Source of the DNA: an uncultured Gammaproteobacteria bacterium
GTDB lineage: Bacteria > Patescibacteriota > Patescibacteriia > UBA11705 > DATKZF01
DNA: 59,172 nt
Assembly: GCA_964411255.1 (NCBI GenBank)
Contig: CAYPKD010000008.1
Span: 1-59,172 of the forward strand
Direction: 5' to 3'
The position numbers and the translations under genes were made by a program. Under the pieces are notes generated by a model. The model was not told the DNA's origin. It worked only from the letters and a program-made list of their open reading frames with translations, and made no database searches. Position 1 is the stretch's first letter, and each line of letters starts with the position of its first letter. Of this stretch, positions 50,950-59,172 are shown piece by piece.

Positions 50950-51129
50950 TTTTTCCTCCTATGGCTATTTAGTACCTTAAAAAAAAATAGCAAAAAACAC
51001 ATTTTTTGTCAACCACTTCTTTAATTTACATAAATCATAAATATAAATAGTCTAAAATATGTCCCATGCTAGATTTTTAAAAGAAAAAATAAGCCAACTC
51101 AGACCTGTATATATTTTATCCCCAAAAAA

Positions 51130-51158
51130 TAGACTTTTTTTAAAAAACCTGCTATTAT
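51130..51158 (+). promoter_or_regulatory. Probable promoter of the HU gene
   Basis: TAGACT, a 17-nt spacer, then TGcTATTAT (extended -10). Confidence 0.45.
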
Positions 51159-51188
51159 ATCATCACAAGATAATTAACATAATTTTTT

Positions 51189-51470
51189 ATGGCAAAAATG
51201 ACAAAATCTCAAATGTTGACAGCCTTAGCTGAAAAGACAGGGATGTCAAAAAAAGACGTAGCAGAATTCATGGACACCTTTGCAGAAATGGCTTATTATG
51301 AAGTCAAAACCAATGGTGAATTCGTTATTCCAGGAATTGGCAAATTAGTTAAAAAACACAGAAAAGCTAGAATGGGCCGAAACCCAGCTACAGGCGAATC
51401 TATTCAAATTCCTGCAAAAACAGTTGTTAAATTCAGAGTTGCAAAGGCTGCAAAAGACTCAGTACTCTAA
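51189..51470 (+). CDS. hup: HU/IHF-family nucleoid protein
   Basis: 93 aa. GRNPATGESIQIPAKTVVKFRVAK arm motif. Confidence 0.9.
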   Translation: MAKMTKSQMLTALAEKTGMSKKDVAEFMDTFAEMAYYEVKTNGEFVIPGIGKLVKKHRKARMGRNPATGESIQIPAKTVVKFRVAKAAKDSVL

Positions 51471-51489
51471 TAAAGATCAGAATAAAAAA

Positions 51490-51518
51490 GCCGCCGTAAT
51501 ATTCGGCGGACTTTTTTT
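51490..51518 (+). terminator. Terminator after hup
   Basis: GCCGCCG-TAATATT-CGGCGG(A)C followed by TTTTTTT. Confidence 0.7.
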
Positions 51519-51531
51519 AAAAGCAAAAATA

Positions 51532-51571
51532 AAAAAGCAAAAAGTAAAATTTTGGAGTCTGCTTCGCAGAC
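51532..51571 (+). repeat. Copy A of the dispersed repeat (A-rich heptamers, TTTGGAGTC, hairpin, T-run)
   Basis: AAAAAGCAAAAAGTAAAATTTTGGAGTCTGCTTCGCAGAC followed by TTTTTTAT. Confidence 0.75.
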
Positions 51572-51655
51572 TTTTTTATTTCGGTCAAAAGTTGATTCCC
51601 ACCATAGGCGGGTAGAGATTATTATTGATTTAATTTTGTTTTGCGTATAAAAAAT

Positions 51656-51705
51656 GTCCCGATAAATCGGGACTCCATATTTTTTCTTTTTTCTTTTTGC
51701 TTTTT
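51656..51705 (-). repeat. Copy B of the dispersed repeat; doubles as the dnaX terminator
   Basis: The minus strand reads AAAAAGCAAAAAGAAAAAAGAAAAAATATGGAGTCCCGATTTATCGGGAC followed by ATTTTTTAT. It is inverted relative to copy A. Confidence 0.7.
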
Positions 51706-53380
51706 ACTTTTCTACAACACTTCCACCAAACATATCCAGCGCATCTTTCAATTCATTATCAGAAACATTAGAAGTCTTAACATTAACATTTTCATTTTTC
51801 TCTGGTAGATCTTTTCTCATATTTTCATCGATCTTATTCTCTACAATTAATTTTTTTTCAAAAGATTGTTCCAATGCTTTTTCGATAATCATTTTATTTT
51901 TTATGTCATCAGCTCTTTCTAATTGGATTTTAAATGGAAAAGCAACAATTACTTTATTACCCACCAAATTCACCGGCTGTCCAACCTGAAGTGACATACT
52001 GAGTGAATAATTATCTTTTTTTATTACTTTGATTACCTCAGGCCAGCGTGATTTTATCTGAGAAAAAGTTAAAGTGACGTTATTTGAATCCAAATGATCA
52101 GAATCTTTTGAAGCTGCATTTAAAAGTTTATTCTCATCTGCTGGATTATTTAAATTTACTTCCTTTTCCCTTTTTTCTTCTGGTTCATTTTTAATAACCG
52201 GGTCCTGTTTTTCTTTTTGCTCAATTTTTTGAGGTTCTATCTTAGTCTCAGGTTTTAATGCTGGTTTATTCAGGTCTGCGCTGGTTAAAGATTGTTCGCA
52301 TAAATCAACGATGGCCAGCTCTAATGACAGCTGCAAAACATAACTTTGTCTAAATTCTTCTTTTGATTTCATTAAAGTACCAATAATTTTTGCCAAATCA
52401 GCAGCGGAAACATTTTGCAGCATATTAATCAAATCATCTAAGGATTTTTCTTCAACTTCCTGCGCTAATTCTGAAACATCTTTTTTTACTTTATATAACA
52501 AACATTTTCGTAAAAATTCTATAAAGTCATTGGTGAACTGACTCAACTCAACTCCCTCTTCCATCAGCTGATTAATTAATTCAATAGCCCCTTTAGTATT
52601 CTTTTCACTGATAAATTTTAATAAATCAAACATTGACTGAAAATTTGATCTTGGTAAAATCAGTTCAGCTAATTCCAATGTTATTTTTTTCTCACCCAAA
52701 GACAATACCTGCTCAAGCAAACTCTCGGAGTCTCTGACACATCCAAACGAGTACTTGGCAATTCTTTTTAACACGTCCTCGTCAACATTAACCCCTTCTT
52801 CGGTTACAATCCATTTTAACCTCTCAAGCAAATTATCAACATTAATTTTTTTATAATCAAACCGCTGGCAGCGGGATATGATAGTGACCGGGACTTTGTG
52901 AACCTCAGTAGTGGCTAAAATAAAAATTACATGAGCTGGCGGTTCTTCCAAAACTTTTAACAATGCATTAAAAGCGCTGATTGACAGCATGTGTACTTCA
53001 TCAATTATAAAAACCTTGTACTTCCGCTTTGACGGAGTGAATCTGGCATTATTGATAATGTTTTCCCGCACATTATCCACTCCAGTATGAGATGCTGCGT
53101 CAATTTCAATCACATCCAAAGATTTACTTTCCAAAATTTCAAGGCAAGAATCACATTTATTGCACGGTTCACCATGCTCCTTAAGGTCAAGGCAATTTAC
53201 TGCTTTTGACAAAAGCCGAGCCAATGTTGTCTTTCCAGTACCTCTGGGACCGCAAAAAAGATAAGCATGACCAAGCTTATCAGCTTCAATTTCATTTTGA
53301 AGCGTGGTTTTTATATGATTTTGGCCAGAAATCTGAGAAAAATTCTGCGGCCTGTATTTTCTGTATAAAGCTATTGACAT
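51704..53380 (-). CDS. dnaX: DNA polymerase III gamma/tau subunit
   Basis: GPRGTGKTT Walker A, Zn module CLDLKEHGEPCNKCDSC, DEVHML, SRCQRF sensor. Confidence 0.9.
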   Translation of the reverse strand: MSIALYRKYRPQNFSQISGQNHIKTTLQNEIEADKLGHAYLFCGPRGTGKTTLARLLSKAVNCLDLKEHGEPCNKCDSCLEILESKSLDVIEIDAASHTGVDNVRENIINNARFTPSKRKYKVFIIDEVHMLSISAFNALLKVLEEPPAHVIFILATTEVHKVPVTIISRCQRFDYKKINVDNLLERLKWIVTEEGVNVDEDVLKRIAKYSFGCVRDSESLLEQVLSLGEKKITLELAELILPRSNFQSMFDLLKFISEKNTKGAIELINQLMEEGVELSQFTNDFIEFLRKCLLYKVKKDVSELAQEVEEKSLDDLINMLQNVSAADLAKIIGTLMKSKEEFRQSYVLQLSLELAIVDLCEQSLTSADLNKPALKPETKIEPQKIEQKEKQDPVIKNEPEEKREKEVNLNNPADENKLLNAASKDSDHLDSNNVTLTFSQIKSRWPEVIKVIKKDNYSLSMSLQVGQPVNLVGNKVIVAFPFKIQLERADDIKNKMIIEKALEQSFEKKLIVENKIDENMRKDLPEKNENVNVKTSNVSDNELKDALDMFGGSVVEK

Positions 53381-53390
53381 AGATTATTTA

Positions 53391-53530
53391 GAAGGCCTTA
53401 GAGGACATAAGGGGGCTTAAAAAGGCTATGAAGTAAAGATGTAAATATGGCATTACCAATACTGATGCTGCCTCCTCGACACCTTTACCTCTAAACCTCT
53501 TAAGCCTTCTTTGCCTTCTTAAGCCTTCTT
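53391..53530. other. Rod-like imperfect hairpin of about 140 nt immediately upstream of dnaX (candidate RNA)
   Basis: The arms 53391-53442 and 53479-53530 pair over about 45 positions. Many mismatches are transitions, which are G-U compatible on the minus-strand transcript. The 3' arm carries GCCTTCTT three times. Confidence 0.45.
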
Positions 53531-53574
53531 TAAAACGTGTGTATATTTTAACAGATAATAAATAAAAATCAAAC

Positions 53575-53603
53575 TTGCTTTTTTTGTGTAAAATTAATAT
53601 AAT
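53575..53603 (+). promoter_or_regulatory. Promoter of the glycan-export operon
   Basis: TTGCTT, a 17-nt spacer, then TATAAT. Confidence 0.55.
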
Positions 53604-53639
53604 AGATGAGTAAAATTCTCAAAAAAATTAAAAGAAAAA

Positions 53640-54461
53640 ATGTCAGAAACTACGATAATAAGGCCGAAAAAAAGGTTTAGTATTAAGGACCTTAAAGAAG
53701 TATGGCAATACAAAGAATTGTTATATTTTTTTACTTGGCGTGATTTTAAGGTTCGTTATAAACAAACAGTGATTGGAATACTATGGGCACTGTTGCAGCC
53801 ATTTATAACAATGATTGTTTTTACCGTATTTTTTGGAAAATTAGCCAAAATGCCTTCTGATGGAATTCCATATCCAATATTTGTATATGTAGGTCTACTA
53901 ATCTGGCATTTTTTTTCAGGAGCATTATCTGAGGCTAGCAATTCTTTAGTATCAAATAAAGCAATTATTACTAAAGTATACTTTCCAAGATTAATTCTAC
54001 CAATTTCATCAACAGTCACCAGATTTGTTGATTTTATTATTGCTTCAGGTATATTAGTCGCTTTAATGATTTATTATCAATATACTCCAAATTTAACCGG
54101 ATTATTAATATTGCCGCTTTTATTAATTATTACTTTTATTGTTTCAATCGGGCTTGGGATGTTTTTAGCAGCCGTCAATGTTAAATACAGAGATGTTCGC
54201 TATGCTTTACCGTTTTTTATCCAAATGCTTTTATTTTTAACTCCTGTTATATATCCAACCAGTATTGCTGGAAATTATTCATGGCTGTTGGCAATAAATC
54301 CAATGACTGGGGTAATCAAAGCTGCCAGGGCAGCAATTTTGGGCAATGCGCCGATCAATTGGGAGCTTTTGGGAATCTCTGCATTAACCGGAATTATCAT
54401 TTTAGTCATTGGAATCATTTATTTCAAAAAGACTGAGAGATATTTTGCAGATATAGCGTAA
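53640..54461 (+). CDS. wzm: ABC-2 type polysaccharide/teichoic-acid export permease (Wzm/TagG-like)
   Basis: 273 aa, 6 TM. YKELLYFFTWRDFKVRYKQTVIGILWALLQP is the ABC-2 signature. Confidence 0.85.
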   Translation: MSETTIIRPKKRFSIKDLKEVWQYKELLYFFTWRDFKVRYKQTVIGILWALLQPFITMIVFTVFFGKLAKMPSDGIPYPIFVYVGLLIWHFFSGALSEASNSLVSNKAIITKVYFPRLILPISSTVTRFVDFIIASGILVALMIYYQYTPNLTGLLILPLLLIITFIVSIGLGMFLAAVNVKYRDVRYALPFFIQMLLFLTPVIYPTSIAGNYSWLLAINPMTGVIKAARAAILGNAPINWELLGISALTGIIILVIGIIYFKKTERYFADIA

Positions 54462-54469
54462 AAAAATAT

Positions 54470-55258
54470 ATGACAATTATACAAAACATTCAAAAAAAAC
54501 TTTGGCTTAAAAAAAATAAAAAACTCCCGGCTTTTATCCATATCCCAAAAACTGGAGGCACTTATATTTCACAATTGGAAACAACTAAAAAACCGGTTAT
54601 ATGGCCGATGAAATACTTTGGACATTGCTGTGTTGCAGATACTGATAAACTAATTGCAGAAAACTATCCACCCCAAAGGGGATATAAAGATAAACCGATA
54701 ATAGACATAAATCTCTTAAAAGATAATTATTTTACTTTTGCTACCGTTCGTAATATTTTCGATTGGCTAGTTAGTTATTGGGGCCATGCTGGTGGTCATA
54801 ACAATAAATACAAAAATACCAATCACTACGATTATCAAATAGCGCAAAAAGGATTCGATTATCTAATAAAAACCATTGTTAATAGAACTGATAAATGGCC
54901 CTCAAGAAAATTCATACACTTTGCAATATTTTCTTACCATGGAGATTTGGCTGTTGATTGGCTAAATAGAATCGAAACCCTAGACAAAGATCTTTCAGAA
55001 TTAGCTAAATATAAAAACTTATCATATAAAAAAAAGGAAAAACAACGATTAGGTACTAGAAAAAAAGATCATCGAGAATATTATACGCCTGAATTAATTA
55101 AATTGGTTAATGATACCTGGCAAAGGGAATTGGATTTATTTGGTTATTCATTTGATGGTCTAAACATTCAAAACGCTATAATTAAAAATCAAGTAACTGA
55201 AAATCAAAAAAATAATATTAAATATTACTGGGAACAGGATAATTTGATAATTGATTAA
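54470..55258 (+). CDS. Sulfotransferase (family-2-like)
   Basis: 5'-PSB-type motif FIHIPKTGGTYIS near the N-terminus. Confidence 0.65.
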   Translation: MTIIQNIQKKLWLKKNKKLPAFIHIPKTGGTYISQLETTKKPVIWPMKYFGHCCVADTDKLIAENYPPQRGYKDKPIIDINLLKDNYFTFATVRNIFDWLVSYWGHAGGHNNKYKNTNHYDYQIAQKGFDYLIKTIVNRTDKWPSRKFIHFAIFSYHGDLAVDWLNRIETLDKDLSELAKYKNLSYKKKEKQRLGTRKKDHREYYTPELIKLVNDTWQRELDLFGYSFDGLNIQNAIIKNQVTENQKNNIKYYWEQDNLIID

Positions 55259-55286
55259 TTGCAACATTGATTTATATTAAATAATT

Positions 55287-56528
55287 ATGAATCGAATTAT
55301 TGAAATAACTAATATATCTAAAAAATATAAAATAAATACCAATCGCGGTAATTATGTTGCTTTACGCGATGTTTTATCTAATGCTTTTAGAAATCCATTT
55401 AAATATGCCAAGGACAAAACAAAATCCTTTATCAAAGGTAAAGAAGAATTCTGGGCTTTGCAAGATATAAACTTCTCAGTTGAAAAAGGAGAAACAATTG
55501 GAATAATCGGACATAATGGAGCTGGCAAATCAACTCTTCTCAAAATTTTATCGCAAATTACGCCGCCAACAACTGGGAAAATCAAATTGAATGGCCGAGT
55601 CGCTTCACTTTTAGAAGTCGGTACTGGATTTAATCCGGAATTAACTGGCAGGGAGAATATTTATTTAAGCGGCGCCATTTTAGGAATGACTAAAGAGGAG
55701 ATTAAAAAAAGATTTGATGATATTGTTGACTTTGCAGGTGTAAATAAATTTATTGACACGCCAATAAAACGCTATTCCTCAGGTATGATGGTCAGACTGG
55801 GGTTTGCTGTTGCCGCTCACCTGGAACCAGATATTTTATTGGTTGATGAAGTTTTGGCAGTTGGTGATGCGGAGTTTCAAAAAAAATGTTTGGGAAAGAT
55901 GGATGAAGTGACCAAACAGGGAGGAAGAACGATTCTTTTCGTTAGCCATAATATGGGGGCAGTACAAAATCTATGTCCAAAGAGTATCTTACTGCAAAAC
56001 GGAAAAATTAAATCCATGGGCAAATCAAGTGACATTATTAATGAATATATTCATTCAATAGATATTAATAACGCCTCAAGTAAAATTGAAAATGAATATT
56101 TTTCAATTAATAAAATTAATATAATGCCAATCAATAATGATTTAATTGTTTCAGGAGCAGATATAAAAATTGCATTATCAATATCATTTAAACAAGAAAT
56201 TAATAATCCAGCACTGATACTTGCGATAAAAACAGATTCAGGCATGGAACTTTCACGATTTTCAACTTATCCTATTGCTGGGATTAAAATACCAAAATTT
56301 GATAAAAGAACATACAACTTCTCTATAGCACTAAAACAAATACCGTTTTCTGGCGGGCAATATAGACTAGCCTTTGGATTATCTCAACCAAAAATTAAAT
56401 TTTTAGTGCCATTAACAGATATATATAATTTTGATATTGAACCATCTGATTTTTATAAAACCGGGCATCTGATGACGAAAAAGCAAGGATATATACTAAT
56501 TAAACACCAATGGTCATTGAATGATTAA
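55287..56528 (+). CDS. wzt: Polysaccharide export ABC ATPase with C-terminal substrate-binding-type extension (Wzt/TagH-like)
   Basis: Walker A GHNGAGKST, signature YSSGMMVRLGFA, Walker B ILLVDEVLAVGD, plus about 160 extra C-terminal residues. Confidence 0.85.
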   Translation: MNRIIEITNISKKYKINTNRGNYVALRDVLSNAFRNPFKYAKDKTKSFIKGKEEFWALQDINFSVEKGETIGIIGHNGAGKSTLLKILSQITPPTTGKIKLNGRVASLLEVGTGFNPELTGRENIYLSGAILGMTKEEIKKRFDDIVDFAGVNKFIDTPIKRYSSGMMVRLGFAVAAHLEPDILLVDEVLAVGDAEFQKKCLGKMDEVTKQGGRTILFVSHNMGAVQNLCPKSILLQNGKIKSMGKSSDIINEYIHSIDINNASSKIENEYFSINKINIMPINNDLIVSGADIKIALSISFKQEINNPALILAIKTDSGMELSRFSTYPIAGIKIPKFDKRTYNFSIALKQIPFSGGQYRLAFGLSQPKIKFLVPLTDIYNFDIEPSDFYKTGHLMTKKQGYILIKHQWSLND

Positions 56529-56530
56529 AT

Positions 56531-57511
56531 ATGGATGAAAAAAATTTTCCTAAAATAATTTGCTCTTCAGTTATCCGTTCCAGCAATAAAGGAGAAAGTC
56601 ATGGCGGGATTTATATTGTTGATTTAAATACAAATAAATTCGAAAAAACAATTAATTTTAATAATGAGACAATTGACTGGCAAGGCAGGGGTGGTGACCG
56701 TGGTCTAAGAGGAATTGCATTTTACAAAGACAATATTATTTTAGCCGCCAGTGATGAAATATTTTTTTATGATAAAAACTTTAATCTTAAAAAATCGTAT
56801 AAAAATAAATATCTAAAACATTGTCATGAGATATTTGTATATCAAGATAAACTTTTTATAACCTCAACCGGATTTGATTCAATTCTCATATTTGATTTAG
56901 AACAACGAGTTTTTACTAAGGGATTTTGTATAAGAAAAAGATCAAAACGTTTTCAATTTTTATTTAAAAAATTACGGAACCGATATCGCGCAACGCTGGA
57001 ATTAAAACTGCATGTATTTAATCCCAATAAAAATAATGGACCTAAATCAATAGAGACAGTACATATTAATAATACATTTTTTCAAGATAATAAAATATTC
57101 TTATCTGGAACAAAAGTAGATGGGCTATTCTATATTGAAAATAATAAAATAAAATATTATTCTACCATTCCAAAAACAACTCACAATGTTATGTTTTGGA
57201 AAAATAATTTACTCTTTAACAGCACAAACCAAGAACAAATCATCCATCAAGATACTAAAGGCAACATAATAGATACATTTGAAATAAAAAAATATAATAG
57301 TGACGTTTTATTACACAACGAATTATCTGATATACATGCAAAACAGGCTTTTGGCAGGGGTTTAACAACATATGACGATTTGGTAATAGGCGGTTCTTCG
57401 CCAGCAACAATATCAATATATAAAATCGGCCAGAGTAAACCAATTAAAACAATCAATTTAACTACTGATATACGGAATGCCATTCACGGTTTAGAAATCT
57501 GGCCTTACTAA
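56531..57511 (+). CDS. Hypothetical protein (repeat-rich, possibly beta-propeller-like)
   Basis: 326-aa ORF, tightly packed in the operon. No motif recognised. Confidence 0.55.
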   Translation: MDEKNFPKIICSSVIRSSNKGESHGGIYIVDLNTNKFEKTINFNNETIDWQGRGGDRGLRGIAFYKDNIILAASDEIFFYDKNFNLKKSYKNKYLKHCHEIFVYQDKLFITSTGFDSILIFDLEQRVFTKGFCIRKRSKRFQFLFKKLRNRYRATLELKLHVFNPNKNNGPKSIETVHINNTFFQDNKIFLSGTKVDGLFYIENNKIKYYSTIPKTTHNVMFWKNNLLFNSTNQEQIIHQDTKGNIIDTFEIKKYNSDVLLHNELSDIHAKQAFGRGLTTYDDLVIGGSSPATISIYKIGQSKPIKTINLTTDIRNAIHGLEIWPY

Positions 57512-57520
57512 ATAAATAAT

Positions 57521-58336
57521 ATGTCTATAATTTTAATGCACTGCTTTGCCCGATCTGGAGGAACTGTTTTAAACCAATGCATAGGATCTTTACCAAATGT
57601 GGTAATAATGTCAGAAGTCAGCTCTTTTGGCGGTGGAAAAGGAAGTGGCCCGATTTCACACCGTACCATTAAAGAGCAAGCAAAAGCTTGGTACAATATT
57701 GATCTAAAAAATGATGACTATATTGAGAGTGCCTTAGAATTACATGAATATTGCGAAAAGCACAATCTTAAACTAGTTATCCGAGAATGGAGCTTTATTA
57801 ATTTTGTACCGCAAAAATACAATAATTTTAATCCACCAAAAAAATTATATACATTAGAACAACTAACCAGTCATTGTAAAATAATTCCTTTTGCTTTTGT
57901 ACGTGATGCAATAGATGTTTGTATATCCAGGAATATTGCACCTAACAAATTTTCCCCAACTTATTTAAATTATGTCAAGGAATTAATTAATAAAAATATA
58001 AAAATATTTAAATATGAAGATTTTTGTAAAAATCCTAATGATAGTTTAAAAACTATTTGTCATTATACTAACCTACAATTCAGTCATTCATATAAGGACT
58101 ATTTGAATTTTAATAAAGTTAATGGTGATGTACAGAATCCTAAAGCTTCTCGCGGCATAAAACAAAAAAGGATTCAACCCTTACCAAGAAAAATTATTTC
58201 TCGAAAAATGATTAAATTATTTGATCAAAACAAGCAAATAAAACTGGCAAATAAACTCTTAGGTTATCCATTATTATATTCTGATGTTCAGCCTGAAAAA
58301 AATTTATTAAAACGAATTAAGTATTTTTTCATTTAG
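57521..58336 (+). CDS. Sulfotransferase-like protein
   Basis: N-terminal FARSGGTVLNQ (PAPS P-loop-like) and C-terminal FKYEDFCKNPNDSLKTICHYTNLQF, typical of sulfotransferases. Confidence 0.55.
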   Translation: MSIILMHCFARSGGTVLNQCIGSLPNVVIMSEVSSFGGGKGSGPISHRTIKEQAKAWYNIDLKNDDYIESALELHEYCEKHNLKLVIREWSFINFVPQKYNNFNPPKKLYTLEQLTSHCKIIPFAFVRDAIDVCISRNIAPNKFSPTYLNYVKELINKNIKIFKYEDFCKNPNDSLKTICHYTNLQFSHSYKDYLNFNKVNGDVQNPKASRGIKQKRIQPLPRKIISRKMIKLFDQNKQIKLANKLLGYPLLYSDVQPEKNLLKRIKYFFI

Positions 58337-58363
58337 TAATTAAATTAAAATTTTGATTAAGTT

Positions 58364-59172
58364 ATGACATATTTGCAATACATATATAAAAAAATACAAC
58401 ATAAAATGCCATTGAAAGCATTGAGTGAATTAGAACAAAAACAAATTGATTCTTTGAGAAAAGAAATCAAAACATTAGAAACAGACCAAAATGATGCAAT
58501 TACTTCCGAACATACAGAAGATGCTTGGCTTAAAAACATAAGGCAGCTAAGGGAAAAAATTATAAATCAAGATCCCCGTAATTTTCTAAATTGGGATGTT
58601 ATTCAACATACAATGTTTCATCAATGCAAAAAAGTAGAATTGGATTATTTAAAAAAAATGAAAAGATGGGACAAATTCAATGAAGCCTTAACAGAATCGA
58701 GGATTGGTAATCCATTGCCTTATAAACATCTGCCAACAAGCAGTGGTAATTTAATTCATCAGGCATACAATTTTGCACAAATACTAAATGAATTTGATTT
58801 TCAAATAAATGATATAAAAACAATTTTTGAATTTGGTGGCGGCTATGGAGCAATGTCATATTTTTTATTTAATTATGGATTTTCCGGTAAATATATAATA
58901 TTTGACTTGCCGGAATTTGCTGCATTGCAAAAATATTATCTAAATGCATCCGGTATTGATGAAAATAAGAACCTGTCTACAGTTTCTTCTATACAGGAAT
59001 TATCACAAATTTTAGATGAAAATAATGTTGATATTTTCATTGCCAATTGGTCTTTAAGTGAAGTACCGATAAATACCAGACAAAAAATTATTAATACAAT
59101 TCCAAATTGTAAATATTATTTAATTGCATATCAAGAAAATTTCAAATCAATAAATAATATTGAATATTTTAA
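58364..59172 (+). CDS. Class I SAM-dependent (sugar O-)methyltransferase-like protein, 3' end beyond the window
   Basis: Absent from the ORF track because it is open at the edge. My translation reads MTYLQYIYKK...IFEFGGGYGAMSYFLFNYGFSGKYIIFDLPEF... (GxGxG SAM motif). The start could instead be MPLKAL at 58406. Confidence 0.65.
   Translation, partial: MTYLQYIYKKIQHKMPLKALSELEQKQIDSLRKEIKTLETDQNDAITSEHTEDAWLKNIRQLREKIINQDPRNFLNWDVIQHTMFHQCKKVELDYLKKMKRWDKFNEALTESRIGNPLPYKHLPTSSGNLIHQAYNFAQILNEFDFQINDIKTIFEFGGGYGAMSYFLFNYGFSGKYIIFDLPEFAALQKYYLNASGIDENKNLSTVSSIQELSQILDENNVDIFIANWSLSEVPINTRQKIINTIPNCKYYLIAYQENFKSINNIEYF

Noticed and set aside
53381-53639. A replication origin at the minus-to-plus strand switch between dnaX and the wzm operon, or at the dispersed DnaA boxes.
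   Set aside because: No DnaA-box cluster, AT-rich unwinding element, or dnaA/dnaN lies at the switch. The five perfect boxes are spread over 22 kb at promoter-proximal positions rather than clustered. GC-skew could not be computed here.
1-59172. An alternative genetic code (for example UGA recoding, as in some candidate phyla).
   Set aside because: Long uninterrupted ORFs with recognisable family motifs are obtained with the standard code. TGA, TAA and TAG all appear as plausible stops followed by terminators.

Overview
This is an AT-rich bacterial window (about one-third G+C, judged by eye). It is densely packed and reads cleanly with the standard genetic code. I support about 47 CDS and 3 tRNAs (Thr-CGU, Lys-UUU, Gln-CUG). 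There is no rRNA and no CRISPR array. Almost all genes lie on the minus strand up to 53.4 kb, and a plus-strand operon runs from 53.6 kb to the window end. Several traits suggest a reduced, Candidate-Phyla-Radiation/Patescibacteria-like genome, which is an inference. These traits are near-consensus TTGACA-17-TATAAT promoters directly behind hairpin terminators, DUF5667-type partners of small sigma factors, lamin-tail-domain and giant Gly/Thr/Ala-rich secreted proteins, a four-helix-bundle gene, and a relaxase-less VirB3/B4/B6 cluster. Gene order is: ftsX/ftsE, an RlpA-like protein, tRNA-Thr, a parvulin PPIase, FtsB-like, a P-type ATPase, tRNA-Lys, murG and comFC. Next comes a T4SS-like operon (10.3-19.1 kb), a GH1 beta-glucosidase and a lamin-tail-domain surface protein. 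These are followed by a degenerate Y1-transposase-like gene, an Avd-like four-helix-bundle gene and a first sigma plus membrane-partner pair. Five large secreted paralogues sharing one roughly 110-200 aa module occupy 26.5-42.1 kb, and a second sigma/DUF5667 pair follows. The rest comprises an HTH protein, a GT4 glycosyltransferase, a Fur-family regulator, DUF134, DUF5320, an unusual radical-SAM protein, Nudix, tRNA-Gln, HU and dnaX. The final plus-strand operon is a Wzm/Wzt glycan exporter with two sulfotransferases and a methyltransferase. The best candidates for new biology are four. (i) The T4SS-like operon is physically coupled to comFC, and its VirB4 is encoded as two abutting ORFs. (ii) The sigma-bracketed array of S-layer-like paralogues shares a movable putative anchoring module, shows a mosaic identity pattern, and has perfect TTATCCACA (DnaA-box) 9-mers at fixed spacing upstream of the paralogue promoters. 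(iii) Several G+C-rich structured non-coding islands and a dispersed terminator-associated repeat family are present. (iv) The glycan export locus carries sulfation and methylation genes. All functional calls come from motif recognition by eye, because no database search was possible.
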